Under the pieces are notes generated by a model. It did no database searches. It saw only the letters and a list, made by a program, of their open reading frames with translations, and was not told the DNA's origin. This document shows, piece after piece, positions 40,368 through 55,254 of a stretch of 64,000 bases of DNA; positions within the stretch are counted from its first letter, which is position 1, and every line of letters begins with the position of its first letter. Origin of the DNA: Octopus sinensis (taxonomy: Eukaryota). The DNA is taken from contig NC_043005.1 in the NCBI RefSeq assembly GCF_006345805.1, positions 73,780,001-73,844,000 of the forward strand, written 5' to 3'. Both the position numbers and the translations under genes were made by a program.

Positions 40368-40607
40368 TAAATTGTAGGCTCATGGGCCCGGTTTCCCGGT
40401 TTCAATGGCATATGTGTTCCCCAGCTGGACGGGACGCCAGTCCATCGCAGCGTTGCTCATTTTTGCCAGCTGAGTGGACTGGAGCAACGTTAAATGGAAG
40501 AGTTTTGCTCAAGAACACAACGCATCACCCGGTCCAGGAATCGAAACCACAATCCTACGATCATGATGCTATTTTAATCTAATACTACATGTGTTGCATA
40601 TAACGGA

Positions 40608-40610
40608 TGT

Positions 40611-40703
<93 letters not shown>

Positions 40704-41350
40704 GACAGACAGACATTCACAACACATACACATACATGAGTCTAGGTTTTGCCACTTACTCTTTTCAAAATATATGGTAAACTATTCTTTTATATATTTT
40801 ATGGTGGTTTATATGCGCTTAATTGTGTGCCTTTTTAACATACATACATATGTACATACACACGCTCACACATATAGATACGTTCATACATACACGCATA
40901 CATACATACATACATACATGCATTCATGACTGCATCCATACATACATACATACATACATACATACATACATACATACATACATACATACACACACACATA
41001 CACACACATTCATGCTACATACACACGCACATCTACATACATACACACACACATACACACACATTCATGCTACATACACACGCACATCTACATACATACA
41101 CACACTCACATATATACATAGATACACATATACATACATACATACATACATACATACATACATACATACATACATGCATACATACATACACACGCACACA
41201 CATATAGATACATTCATACATGCACATATACATACATACATACATACATACATACATACATACATACATGCATACATACACATACACATACACATACATA
41301 CATACATACATACATACACATACATACTTACATACATACATCCATCCATT

Positions 41351-41382
<32 letters not shown>

Positions 41383-41550
41383 CATACATACATACATACA
41401 TATATACATACATACATACATACATACATATACACATACACATACATACATACATACATACATACATACACATACACATACATGCATACATACATACATG
41501 CATACATACATACATACATACATACATACATACATACATACATGCATACA
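40608..41550. repeat. (GATA)n(GACA)n and long (CATA/CA)n microsatellite field
   Basis: Direct reading; a short unique spacer lies at ~40715-40840. Confidence 0.93.
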
Positions 41551-41744
41551 AAAATACCGTGTTGTTGATATTGAAGTTCTAGTGAAGGAGACTTGGATCT
41601 AGGTTAGAAACTGGCTCTCTTTCTCTCTCTCTCTCTCTATTGGCAAGAAATCTTGAAATAAATCTGAATAATGGCATATATACATGCATACATGCACGTA
41701 CGTACATATGTATATGCACACACTCACACATACATCCATACATG

Positions 41745-41782
<38 letters not shown>

Positions 41783-41791
41783 ATACATACA

Positions 41792-41822
<31 letters not shown>

Positions 41823-42064
41823 GAACATTCATACAAACACACACACTTTGCACTTTTGCAGAAACTGTATGACACAAACGGAACGAAATAGCTGCACGCA
41901 ATGTTGTAAGTAAAAACAGAGACAGGCGCAGGTATAGCTGTGTGGTAAGAAGCTTGATGCCCAACCACATGGTTCCGGGATCAGTCCCACTGCGTTGCAT
42001 CTTGGGCAAGTCTTGTGCAAGGCCTTGTGAGTGGATCTGGTAGTCAGAAACCCTTCGTGTATAA

Positions 42065-42194
<130 letters not shown>

Positions 42195-43043
42195 AATATA
42201 TATATAATATATATATATATTATATATATATATATGAGTGGGGGTGGGTGTTTGTACGTCTGTGCTTGCCCCCCCCTCCATCATCGCTTAACAACCAACG
42301 TTAGTGTGTCTACGTTACAGTCCGTAGCTTAGATTTTCGGCAAAAGACACTGATAGAATAAGTACTATGCTTGTAAAGAATAAGTCCTATGGTAGATTTG
42401 TTCGAGTGACGGTGGTGCTCCAGCATGGCCGCAGTCAAATGATTGAAACAAGTAAAAGAATAAAAGTATACGTCATTGAAAAAATATTCTATCTGCGATA
42501 TCTCTATAATTTCAGATAACCTTTCAAGGGAGACAATTCATAAATATTTGCAGATAAATACAAGGGAAAGAATTCGTTATTCTTCCTGAAAAATGTAAGT
42601 TATGTTAGAGTTATCTCCCTTATTATTCTGCTAATATTCGTTCTTGAATTTTTACAGGAAATTGAAAACAAGAGAAGTATTTTCCTACTATTGGGGCTGA
42701 AACAAAGTGTGTAAAAGATTAGATTATGATAGGATACACTAGTATATTGTTTTATAAACTAAGTTCGATGTTGAAGTTTCTTTAAAACCAGTTTGCATAT
42801 TGTCTAGATTGCATTAAAATGTGTAAACGTAATATGTGCAACTATGTCGGTTTATTTCTTGATTAAGAAAATTTGATGTGCTTTTGTACATTTCAAACAT
42901 CATGTCGATACTGAGGGTATTAAGTCAGTACACTTATCTATACGAACTTAGTAGCCACAATGAGGAAGTCTCGGAATTATGTATCTATTTCTATGAAATC
43001 GGACAATTTTTTTTTAAAAACTGACAGAATTTTGTGTTTATTA

Positions 43044-43446
43044 TCTAATATTTATATATAAAAGTGAAGTTGTGTGTCTGTCTCCTACGATTTAGATTCC
43101 TAACTACACCCACATTTTGCGGTGCAGTTTAACCAAATTCGGGTATCTTATAGTCGTGATTCATATCGAGCCCTTCTGGGTATTAGCGCGCGTCTACGAT
43201 GAGTCTACGATTTAAAAAAAAAATTACCATAATTTTTTTCCATTTTAATGCATTTTTTCGCTATTATATAAGGGAAGTAACTCTTTAAAAATGTCTACGA
43301 TGAGTCAACGATTTAAAAAAAAATTTACCATAATTTTTTTTCGATTTTTAATGCATTTTTTTGCTATTTTTTGGCTATAACTCTCTAAAAATGCTTATAT
43401 AGTTATTTCCCTCACAAACCCGAGCAACGCCGGGCGATAATGCTAG
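43044..43446 (+). mobile_element. Non-autonomous Helitron-like element
   Basis: 5' TC after A; 3' hairpin CCCGAGCAACGCCGGG plus CTAG before T. Confidence 0.85.
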
Positions 43447-43950
43447 TATATTTATAAATCTTACGTCAAATCTTTAGTGAAATTTTTTAACATGTGCTCA
43501 GTCTGTATCTTTGCATATTTTAAATCTACCCTTAGCGTTACACATTTGAAGCATTTCCGGAACGCGTTCTTAAAGTTCAGCTAAACTATTACACCATTCG
43601 GGGGACTGAGGTAGAGAAAATGATTGCAGCCAAACTGGAAAAAAAAAAGCTATTGGGGACAGATAAACGAGATCCAACAGGAATTAAAATAAAATTATAG
43701 GAAAAATGTAATATTATAAAAAATTATAAATGTTTTGCAAACAACGTGTACATGCAAACAACGTGTACATGCAAGTGCTACCAGTCGAAAGCTCCGCATA
43801 CCAGAAGCCAGCAAGTGTATGGGGGTCATCAGGAGAGAATGAGCGCTGTTTCGGGGCTTACCGTTCGACGGCATCAATGCACACCAGCCCTCCTCATGAT
43901 ATGAGGCCCTGCTTGCTAGATCAACTGGTTATCAATTAAAGTTTAATAGA

Positions 43951-44468
<518 letters not shown>

Positions 44469-45133
44469 TATTCTTCTAGCCATCGCTCTTCGCTCCTTTT
44501 TAACCAAATCCAGTGGCTAGCCTCTTCCACTGTAGTTTTGTGTTTATTATTTAATTATGAAACAAAAAAAAATATATATATATTTATAAATCTTACGTCA
44601 AATCTTTATTGAAAGTTTTTAACATGTGCTAAGTCTGCATCCCTGCAAATTATAAATCTTCTCTTTGCGTTACACATTTGGAGCATTTCCGGAGTTATCT
44701 CCTGCACTGCAAACGGAACCTGACTACGTGTGACTTCAGATTTTATACGCTTTAATTTAAAATTGGCAGTAACATTGAAATTTCAAAATTTCTGCCAGTT
44801 AACACAGCATCGGACACTCACACGGTGACTTGCTGGCCAAAAATTCGAAATTAGCCGATTACTTACTTGTTAGAGTACAACAAATTTGTACTTTACCAAA
44901 GATGTTCAGTATTGCTTCAATTTGAAGAAAGATTGATTTTATTATAACATAAACACACACACACACACTTACACACACACACACGCACACATACACACAC
45001 AGGTACACACATAAAACGTTCTTCACAGGATTTTTACCTACATAGCCGACGCCTACGAAGTGCTATTCTCGAAAGGTCATATCTTCCCACTTAACTTGCC
45101 CTCTTAAACTTTCATCGTGCCTCAAACTAATAA

Positions 45134-45434
45134 GGCGTTCCTTCGTTTTAACTCGACAAAACCATAACAAGACCTCGGTTGTTTCCGTGTCAACTCGACA
45201 ATTCACTTCGGATATCTTCGTGACCTCCGTGACAGTGTGCGTGTTCTGTTGTTTTTATGTATTTATGTGTTGTGGAATATAGATATAACGAAATTATGAC
45301 AGCAAAATGCTTTGCATATTTGTTCTTACCTACTTCATGTGTGTATGTAAAACGCGCAAATTTTCGGAGGTCACGAAGATATCCGAAGTGAATTGTCGGA
45401 AACAACCGAGGTCTTGTTAAAACGAAGGAACGCC
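45134..45434. mobile_element. MITE with ~70-bp TIRs, GG termini and 8-bp TSD (Merlin- or MULE-like)
   Basis: TIR GGCGTTCCTTCGTTTTAAC..; TSD ACTAATAA / ACTAACAA at 45126-33 / 45435-42. Confidence 0.8.
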
Positions 45435-45644
45435 ACTAACAATATTAACTGTGAATGTCTCTTTGACTTTTGCATTTTTTTCTCTTTTCATGTTTCAATT
45501 CTTCGTTCGTTATCGATTTGCCTTATATACTTTCAGTTATAGTGTATTGTTCACTTGCCCTAAGATGCTAGCTGTAACTCGGCAAGTAACTGCAACAAAC
45601 ATTAAAAGAAAATATCAAGAACAACAACAACAGCAGCAGCAACA

Positions 45645-45985
45645 GGAGGCGCAATGGCCCAGTGGTTAAGGCAGCGTACCCACGGTCGGAGGTTTCGATT
45701 CCCAGACCGGTTGTTGTGTGTGTTTATTGAGTGAAAACACCTAAAGCTCCACGAGGCTCCGGCAGGGGGTGGTGTCGACCCCTGTTATACTCTTTCGCTC
45801 CAACTTTCTCTCACTCTTTCTTCCTGTTTCTTGTCCCCGACTTCCTACACAACTGCTGAGCCTGGATGCGCATTCATCCATCCGTCGATGCTCTCGGTGT
45901 CGAGGGTTGACCTGCTTTCTTTTCTGTGGGTCTTACAAATAGCAAAGGACCACGTTTCGGATTTCTCCCACTGGGACGAAGACCG
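45645..45985 (+). mobile_element. SINE family C
   Basis: GGAGGCGCAATGGCCCAGTGGTTAAGG (A box), GGTTTCGATTCCC (B box). Confidence 0.85.
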
Positions 45986-46461
45986 CTTCGATTAACAAAG
46001 AAACAAACAATAATAATAATAATAACAATAATGACGATTATGATGATGATTTCTTTATTGACCACAAAGGGTTGACATCAAGAAAAACTTTATAGATAGC
46101 ACATGACAAAACATTGGATGTATGTGAGTATATATATGTGCGTGTGTGCTGTTGTGAGGGTTTTGCGGATCTTATGAATTAACTTGCCATTACACTTTTG
46201 CTGTGGTCTGGTTAAAAGCACTATAACCATCTGACTTTACCTAACGTCGGCAGAACATCTAACAAGGACTGAACGTTGAGCTATGCGGAAGTTAATTGTT
46301 AGATTAAGAGCTTAACGGTCCCAAGATTAAAACAAATTACATTAGAAAAAAATAAAACAAAACAAAACTACTATAGTAAAATTTACACATACTTTAGACT
46401 AGCAAAACAGAAAGATTAATTGTATTTTCTTTCATTCAAGCCTTCTTAAAACATACATGTT

Positions 46462-46765
46462 AGGGCGCGTGGCTTAGTGGTTAGGGCATTCGGCTCATGA
46501 TCGTAAGGTTGTGTGTTCGATTCCCGGCGACGCGTTGTGTCCTTGAGCAAGACACTTTATTTCACGTTGCTCCAGTCCACTCAGCTGGCAAAAATTTCAA
46601 AGGGTCAGCCTTGTCACTCTCTGTGTCACGCTGATTATCCCCGAGAACTACGTTAAGGGTACACGTGTCTGTGGAATGCTCAGCCATTTGCACGTTAATT
46701 TCACGAGCAAGCTGTTCCGTTGATCGTATCAGCTGGGACCCTCGTCGTCGTAACCGGCGGAGAGA
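46462..46765 (+). mobile_element. tRNA-headed SINE with CCTTGAGCAAGACACTT central domain
   Basis: Homologous to 51630-51903 (minus) and the partial copy at 54328-54510. Confidence 0.85.
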
Positions 46766-47288
46766 AGAGAGAAAACATACATAAACAATGTGGGTGGGGC
46801 TAGTTAATTGCATGCATTAGCATAAAGTATGGGTGAGTATAAAATTACAGAAAATGAAGCGATGGAAAATTTCAGACAGATGCTATTTACTCAACTAATA
46901 AAAAAAACAAATCTTGGTTCCTTTCAACATGTTACTTACCTGCTATTATTGGCTGCTAAGATGTAGACAAAAAGTCTGTTAGTTTAATAATCATCTGACA
47001 AGTTAAAGCAAATATCAAGTTTTTTAAAAAATGTGACTGAGGGCCTTTATATATATATTGAAATGGATAAATGAATTATCTTGGGCTCCTAAGGAGCGTT
47101 TTGTTCGAATAGCTTGCTGCGCATTTGTTTGGAGATTTAAATTCCTGGATTTTCCTGAAGAGAAAGCTGCAAAATGGTCTCCTTATTCAATCCGAATTTG
47201 GAAATTTGCGGCCTTTGAAACATGTGTAGAAAATAATAAAAGGAATTCTGTAGAATCTTCGTTCAGCTCCATTTCTTCCCTTCACTAA

Positions 47289-47353
<65 letters not shown>

Positions 47354-48110
47354 CAGATAAAAATATTGCTAACGGTTGTAGAATGGAAAACAGCGAAAGA
47401 AAAAAACGGAAAAATTTCTGAAAGTTAAAATGTTTAAAAAGTAAAAAAGAAATGGGTTAGTAAACATTTCTTGAGAGAACGAATAAAATGTAAAGAATAC
47501 ATGGTATGAATAAACCGAAACACACTACCACCGCTGCCACCCGACACAATAATGGTTAACGAGGAATTAAGAGGAATTCTCTATGCGGTCACTCACACTA
47601 TTAGATAACAGAAACCAGATATTCCTCAAATCTACCCTACGGCCTTAAAAGAAGCAATGCATGGATAATGTAGCCCCAGATACTAGTATGCTCAAATAGA
47701 GTTTGGATCATCATTGATTGAATGTTTTTGATCATAGATTAGCTCAACTAGGTTTGACTCTGGTTTCGCCTGGGTTTAAAAATTGCCAGCAGAGAACCTC
47801 TATTTTGTTACGTGACTTGCTAAAAAAACATTTAGCTGAAATCACACATTTTCTCCGACGTTCAACTAATCTACTGCTCTCTGTGCAGTTTAAGCTAATA
47901 TTAATTCATTAAAAGCAGTTTCTCATTTAGTCACAGTGTACAAGGGAAGAAAATGTGATTTTGTGATGTGTTTCTGAAGATCAAGGATGAAGTAAATTAA
48001 CACGAATTAAGCACAGAAACTAATTGGGTCATAGATTATTATAATATACGAGCTAAACGCCCCCCGTCCAATGGACGGTGCTGAGTTGTCATCATATATA
48101 TATATATATA

Positions 48111-48474
48111 ATATAAATTAGAGAAACACCACTATTATGCAATTCAAACAATGGTAGACATAAACCAAATCATAAATAAAAAATAATATATATCTTTAAA
48201 AACATAACTAGATCACAAAGAGTACAAAAATGAATAAACAATATATAATTTTTTTACTTATTATATATTGTTTATTCATTTTTGTCCTCTTTGTGATCTA
48301 GTTATATGTTTTAAAAAATATATTTTATTTTTTATTTATGATTTGGTTTTTGTCTACCATTGTTTGCATTGCATAATAGTGGTGTTTCTCTAATTTATAT
48401 ATTATATATTTATATTGTGAAATTTGATTTAATACTAAATTGAATTTTTCCCTGTAAGTTTGGAGTTATACTCC

Positions 48475-48480
<6 letters not shown>
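48111..48480. repeat. Fold-back repeat: ~140-bp inverted arms (48111-48248 / 48261-48400) plus 80-bp extension, in (TA)n
   Basis: Arms are near-perfect reverse complements around a 12-nt spacer; the extension resembles ~36560-36680. Confidence 0.88.
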
Positions 48481-48521
<41 letters not shown>

Positions 48522-49044
48522 TCTTCTGTGTAAGTATGTATGTGTGTGAGAGAGACTGAGAGAGAGAATAACAGTAAGCAAATTGTTGCTATTACGTTTA
48601 TTTCGTTTCCATTACGATCGCAAAACAAGATCCATGAATGAATACAAATTATAATCAATTTGAATCATCATAGATCGTGTCCTTAGACAATTAATTAAAA
48701 TACGACTCGGACCTAATTTAATATATGTTTCTAGATAAATATTATTAGATTTGAAAACAAAGTAGGACCAGATTATAATGTCATAAGACTTCAATGACAC
48801 AATTATTTTATAGAAAATTGAGTTGAGTGTGCAGCGCTGATGTAGAAGCCCCAAACCCTTGGTATCAAGCAAGTTTAACTTAAAAGCAACTGAGTAACTA
48901 CACACACATACCTAAATAACATATTTATTGGAGGAGTCATTAAGCATTCACTTGACTTGTTGGAAACTGTACCCAAATCTCTCTCAAATCGCATATCATT
49001 TCTTCCCTCTTAAATAAGGAGGGTTACATTGGACTATGTTGTTT

Positions 49045-49116
<72 letters not shown>

Positions 49117-49164
49117 AGAAAGAAAGACATAGATTGATAGATAGATAGATAGATAGATAGATAG

Positions 49165-49214
<50 letters not shown>

Positions 49215-49219
<5 letters not shown>

Positions 49220-49905
49220 AGTCCAATACACATGAACTAGGTGTGTGTGTGTCTTTAGTTTGTCAGGTGCCTCTGGTTTTTGGGCGTAAGAGAATACAGC
49301 CTTAATGCCCTTGGTGTGAAAACATCCGAAAGCGGGTCATAGCCAAATGAGACGATACACACAACATTCCTTTTTTTTTTTTTCAGAGCGAAAGATATCG
49401 CTGTTTCGTCATTGTCTCATTTGACTATTCCCTACTTTCGGGTGTTTTTACACCAAGGGCATTGAGATTATATTCTCTTACGCTTAAAAATGAAAACTCA
49501 GCCGCCCAACAAACTAACAACACACACCTCGTGTATGTGCGTTCGACTTTGTCTATATCCCTCGAGCTGCTTCTAATTAATATTTGAATTGTTTTTCTAG
49601 GACATGATATATTCAGATATGCCAGCAGATGGTTCTTAAGCCATTTAGCATATAGTCATAGCCAGTTGGACAGCTCACAGCAAGCCCCATGCTCGGTAGG
49701 TGGCATTGAGAAGCCACAACAATAATAAAATATTGATGTCTGTTGCTCCGAAAACAAGGGATCTGATGTGAGTTGTCTAACTTGAATAGGGGCAGTTTTC
49801 AGGTGTTTTTTTACACTAAGGGTATTGAGATTGTATTCTCTTACACCTAAAAAACGAGGCCACCCGACAAACTAACACTTCGTGCATGTGTGTTCGACTT
49901 GTTTA
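49215..49905. repeat. Diverged ~140-bp inverted repeat pair (49215-49355 / 49412-49556) plus a third partial copy (49790-49905)
   Basis: Shared core GCGTAAGAGAAT..AATGCCCTTGGTGT.AAAACA.CCGAAAG..CAAATGAGAC in opposite orientations. Confidence 0.75.
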
Positions 49906-49932
49906 TATATACCTTGTGTGTGTGTGTGCGTG

Positions 49933-49999
<67 letters not shown>

Positions 50000-50009
50000 T
50001 GTGTGTGCG

Positions 50010-50068
<59 letters not shown>

Positions 50069-50069
50069 A

Positions 50070-51490
50070 TACGAAACCACCTATAGGAAAAACACTTATG
50101 GGGAAAAACCAGATAAAACCTAAACACCAACCTACTACGACAAAACAAAACTTCAGACCTCAAAACAACACCAAAAGAAATGCAGTTTTCTCATATAATA
50201 GACAAAGACACCTCAGTCCTATAAGAAACACAAATTTGCGATCATACGCAGATATAACAAGAAATAAGGTAACATACAACCCCAACTAAAGTAAAAATAG
50301 AACTCTCCAGAGACCAAATCATAGACCCAAACGAACCACACGAAACAAAGAAAAAATAATGAGTCAATCCCCAATCCACAAACCAATAACATGCTTACCT
50401 TTGAATAACCAACCTAAAATATTTACAAACAGAAAAATACAAAATTCCCGCATAAACACTCCCAACTCGAGTGGAAATCATTATTAAGACAGATCTACCA
50501 CACAAAAAATGGAAAACAAACACCATTCTTCACGTGACATTAGAAAACAAACACATAAGTAAACCGTAAATACTAAATTTATCCACTAAGAAACCATCTA
50601 AAGAAGAAATTAAACTCCTCGAAAATAGATTGAAAGGTATACCCAACCAAATTGAACTAATAAAAGACACAGAAGAATTTTGCCGAAAATTACGATTGGG
50701 AGAATTTTTTTCTAAATACTGGATACACAGACGAATCACTGGTTAAAAACAGAACAGGATTCAGCCACCTACGACGATCAGCTCAATCTAATATGACCGA
50801 GAGGAAATGCAAATCCAACATATCTAAATATCAATTGGAAGCATTAAACAATTTACAAAAAGACACTTCGATAATTTTCAGAGAAGCTGAGAAATGTGGG
50901 GCAATAGTTATCATGAACAAGAACCATTACAGAGATACGGTTATGACCAACACTTCTACAATAAACTGAACAAAAACCATGAGCAAGATGCATAGACTGG
51001 TCTCAAAGTATCGTAATGACTTAACTGAGGATGAAGTTAATTATTTAACTAACTTCGAAGTAAAAACCAGTAACTTCTATGGACTACCCAAGATCCATAA
51101 ACCAAAAGAAACACAAGACAACATAAAAGGAAACAGTTCAACATATGTCGAAATTCCGTAAATCCAGAGACTTCAAACTACGCCCAGTCATTGCAGGACT
51201 AGCATCCACTACACAACGTTTAAGTAACTGAATAGATCAGTGGTTTTCAACCAGGGTTCCGCGGAACCTTAGAGTTCTGCCAGTACAGTCCAGGGGTTCC
51301 GCAAGAAGTTACAAAACTGCTAAAATCGGCAGTAATTTTAAATTTTCCTGTGCGGATACGTGTGGATAAGACTATTAAATTTTTGCACAGGGGTTCCTCG
51401 AGCCAGTGGAATGTTTCCTTGGGGTTCCGCTCCAGCAAAAAGTTTGAAAAGCACTGGAATAGATATAATTCTATAACTGTTATGCGTTAA
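50070..51490 (+). mobile_element. Penelope-like element ORF remnant (N-terminus to start of RT)
   Basis: NLSTKKPSKEEIKLLE, IIFREAEKCGAIVIMNK (decayed KPADKG), FYGLPKIHK, LRPVIAGLASTTQRLSN*IDIIL. The 5' boundary is approximate. Confidence 0.82.
51238..51456. mobile_element. hAT-superfamily MITE (219 bp)
   Basis: TIR CAGTG(G/C)TTTTCAA; perfect 8-bp TSD GAATAGAT at 51230-37 / 51457-64. Confidence 0.93.
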
Positions 51491-51949
51491 CAAAGGGATG
51501 TGGGTTTGACTCCCACGCGGATAGGAAAGCCTTTTTTTCTGTCGAGGGCTTAAATGCCCCTTTATTAGACTATTTTCATTAGTCATTGCACAGCGATCTC
51601 CATGATGAGGGTCTCGGCTGATATGATCATCGAAACAACTTGCTCGTGAAATTAACGTGCAAGTAATTGAGCAATCTCCAGATAGGTGTACTCCAAACGT
51701 AATTATCAGGGGGATTCAGGGTGACACAGAGTGTGACAAGGCTGACCCATTTGAAGTAAAGGTACTACTCATTTTTGTCAGCTGAGTGGATTGGAGCAAC
51801 GTGAAATAAAGTGTCTTGCTCAAGGACACAACGCGTCGCCAGGAATTGAACTCACGACCTAACAATCGTGAGTCGAATGCCCTAACCACTAAATCACGTG
51901 CTTTCACTATACATACATACATACATACATACATATGTGTGTGTGTGTG

Positions 51950-52260
51950 GTTGGAATTTACAAAAAACAAAACACGAAGAAACGTGTGTAAACAACAAAT
52001 AGGTGTGTTAGTTTAACGCTCGGGAAGGTGAGAAAGTCTTTTACGTTTCGAGCCGACGCTCTTCAACAGAAAGGAACACGAGAAAATAAACAGAGATAGA
52101 ATAAAAAAGGAAAGCTTTAGTAGCTAGCGGTCAATCATGGCGATGGCTAGACAGAGGTCGTCAGACAGGAGAGCTAGGAAAAAGGGGAGATAATAAAGTA
52201 ATGGTGATCCCAAAACGAAGGTGCGCGTGCGTGTGAATGTGAGAGCATGTTGTGCATGGG
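51950..52260 (-). mobile_element. Penelope-type terminal-repeat fragment with minimal hammerhead variant (52038-52073)
   Basis: CUUU-CUGUUGA-A-GAGC GUCG GCUC-GAAAC-GUA-AAAG. Confidence 0.62.
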
Positions 52261-54548
52261 GATATATATATATATATATAAAAAAATTTCACCGAGTCCA
52301 GCCAAGAGAGGTTTTGCTAAATTGTTGACATAAAAATTTAAAAAAACAAAACAAAAAAAAAACAATAAATGAACTAAACTAATCTCCATTTAATAATCGT
52401 CAACCGGAATTCTTTTCTCGCTCATGAGTTTGCTACTCGATAAAGTAATTCAAGATTGTTTCCCAGTAAAGTACTTCGTCCGTGATTTGGGGGCGTTCGT
52501 TCTCGTACAATACTAAAATAAAAATGAAATGAAATAAATTAATTAATCTTCTATGGGATAGAGAGAGAGAGTGTGTAAAAAAAAAACAAGGAAGCGATAT
52601 CAGTGGAGATGAAAATAGAATAGAAATATCGGAAGCTCGAAGTTGGAACAAGAATTCAAACGTATGGTGAAATGAGGAAATATTAAAATTGCTAATTCTT
52701 TTTATTGTTGCTATGATTAGTTAATTATTAATGCATTAATCCCCTTATACAGATTATTTCAGAGACAATGAATACAGAAACTCGATTTGAAGAAAAGAAA
52801 TTATTACACGAGGATATTTTCTTCTGTAGCAGAAATAAATAGAATAATTAATATTTTTTTGGACGATTCCTCGGAAAGAAACGGAGCAACAGCAGTTTAA
52901 CATTCTTAAATGTTACAGCGACATGAAAATTCACACTTGTAGTAGAAGAAGAAGAAATTTCAATGCTGTTTTCAAATCATCTTTATTTTAAGAAACTGGA
53001 ATGTAATCTTAACGAACGTGGGATTCAAGTCGAGATTAAATAGTTGAAAAACATGTGAAAATAAAAGTGGTATTTTTTTAATAAGATTCCCCCAACCAAA
53101 AGACGAACAAAGGAGAATGTTAATCGCAACAAATAGTCGTTGAGCAATAAAATAGGGTTAAAAAATATCGAAGAAAAAACAAGCTACCCAAATGGTTTGT
53201 GCTTAAGTAACATTTATTAATCACATGCAAAAATAAACCTGTAAAGAGGAACACGTTTTTCGAAATTCCTGTTGCTGTTTTTCTTTACTTTTATCATGTG
53301 TTGTTTTTCTTTAAGACTGCATGCTAGCAGAACCGCTAGCAAGACGGACTAAATGCTTAACGGCTTTTCTTCCGGCTCTTCAGGTTCTGTTTTTAAATTT
53401 CACTGAGGTCAACTTTTACCTTTAAGAGTTGATAGAAAAAGTACGTAGTTAAGCCTTGGAATCGTTATAATCTATTAGCCTCTTCTCCAAAATTTCAGGC
53501 TTTGCGTCAAGGGAAGAAAGAATTATTATTATTGCTAAGTTAATAAAGCGGTGAGGTGGCTTCATCGTTGGTTTGCCGGACCGTTTCAAGCGACTCCATT
53601 TAACTGAACAATGCAATCATTGCATCAATTCAAATGCAATGCCATCTTCAGTTGCACAAAAAAATGGAATTTTAACAAATAGGACATATTAATATAATTT
53701 TTCTCAATTACGCTATTGTAGCTAAGAATAGACTACAACTTCTAAGAATCGCATGGAGCATAGTGGGGTCATAGGGTTGTAAGGGATTGTAATTCATTTA
53801 TCTCTTTATCATCTACTAAATCAAAGACTAGAAGGCTGTGTCTATTTTGAATAAAGGACTAGAGTGAGTTGAAACCTCATGGCTAGGTATGGTTATAAAT
53901 ATTATCGTATGTATCCCTTTTCCCCAGGAAGGAAATAAGACATTAGGAGTAGTCAATTGGATATAAGTAAATGTCTATAAAAAGAGGCAGGATAGGGGTA
54001 GACTTTGAATCATGATGTCAATTACCAGTTAAAGGGGCAAGCCGCTAAGAAACCTCATAAATAAAATAAAAACTGATTGTGCAAAAGTCAGAGCGAAAGG
54101 GTTAAACAAGACTCAATTAAGGCTAATGAACAATACATCATCCTCTTCACAGAAGGATGCTGTTCTTGTAGCCAACTGTTTCCTGTTTCCAAGCAAGGTG
54201 ATATTTTCTCATCGCTGGGGAGATTTCCATGAAAGATTATGAACATGGGACACTGCCTGTGTGATGGTGATGCTCGTTTATAACTATCAAATAATGTCAA
54301 GACAAGACACACACACATATGTAGTGAAGAGGCATGTCCCGGTGGTTAGGGTTGGCACTCACGACTGCGAGATCGTGATCTCGATTCCCAGTCCGGACAG
54401 TTCGTTGTGCTCTTGAGCAAAACACTTCATATCACATTGCTCTGCGATCATTTTCACCTCCGCTTTGTGGCTCACTTCTGCACCTGTACAGGTAATGGCA
54501 CTTTGATTGAGGGAGTGAGAGAAAGTGCAGCAGAAACATTTGGTCATC

Positions 54549-54952
54549 TAAGGCGGCGAGCTGGCAGAAACGGTAGCATGCCGGGCGAAATGCTTAGCGG
54601 TATTTCGTCTGCCTGCTACGATCTGAGTTCAAATTCCGCCGAGGTCGACTTTGCCTTTCATGGTCGATTAAATAAGTACCAGTTACGCACTGGGGTCGAT
54701 ATAATCGACTTAATCCGTTTGTCCCCTCTGTGTTTAGAGTACTACTCTACTCTATGTTTAGCCCTTTGTGGGTAGTAAAGAAATAGGTATTTCGTCTGTC
54801 TTTACCTTGAGTTCAAATTCCCCCGAGGTCGACTTTGCCTTTCATCCTTTCAGGGTCGATAAATTAAGTACCAGTTACGCACTGGGGTCGATGTAATCGA
54901 CTTAATCCCTTTGTCTTTCCTTGTTTGTCCTCTTGTGGGCAATAAAGAAATA
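54549..54952 (+). mobile_element. SINE family A tandem dimer
   Basis: Junction AAAGAAATA|GGTATTTCG at 54785/54786; outer 16-bp TSD (1 mismatch) at 54532-47 / 54953-68. Confidence 0.9.
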
Positions 54953-55254
54953 AGAAACATTTGATCATTATAAACAAATCATGTGTGGTTGTTCAACAAA
55001 AAATTGCAAAACCCTCATCTGCTGTTTAATAACGGGATAGTCCATTATACACACAATTTATGGGATGCAGCTCTACATCGTTAACCAGCTAAAGATGTTC
55101 TCTGGGGTTAAAAACAAATCGCAGCAGAGTCCGTTCGAATGGGCAGCCATGTTGAATTGGCTACGACTATTACTTGTCAGTACAACTACTGCATTGATCT
55201 CTTAGATATTAGAACTAGCATATTTGCTTGTTGCAAAATCAGCGACTGTGTGTT

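Noticed and set aside
43730-43939. GC-richer ORF as a possible exon; also CUGAUGA/GAAAC on the minus strand
   Set aside because: No recognisable protein motif or clear splice frame; the hammerhead stem II would be CCCC/CCCC.
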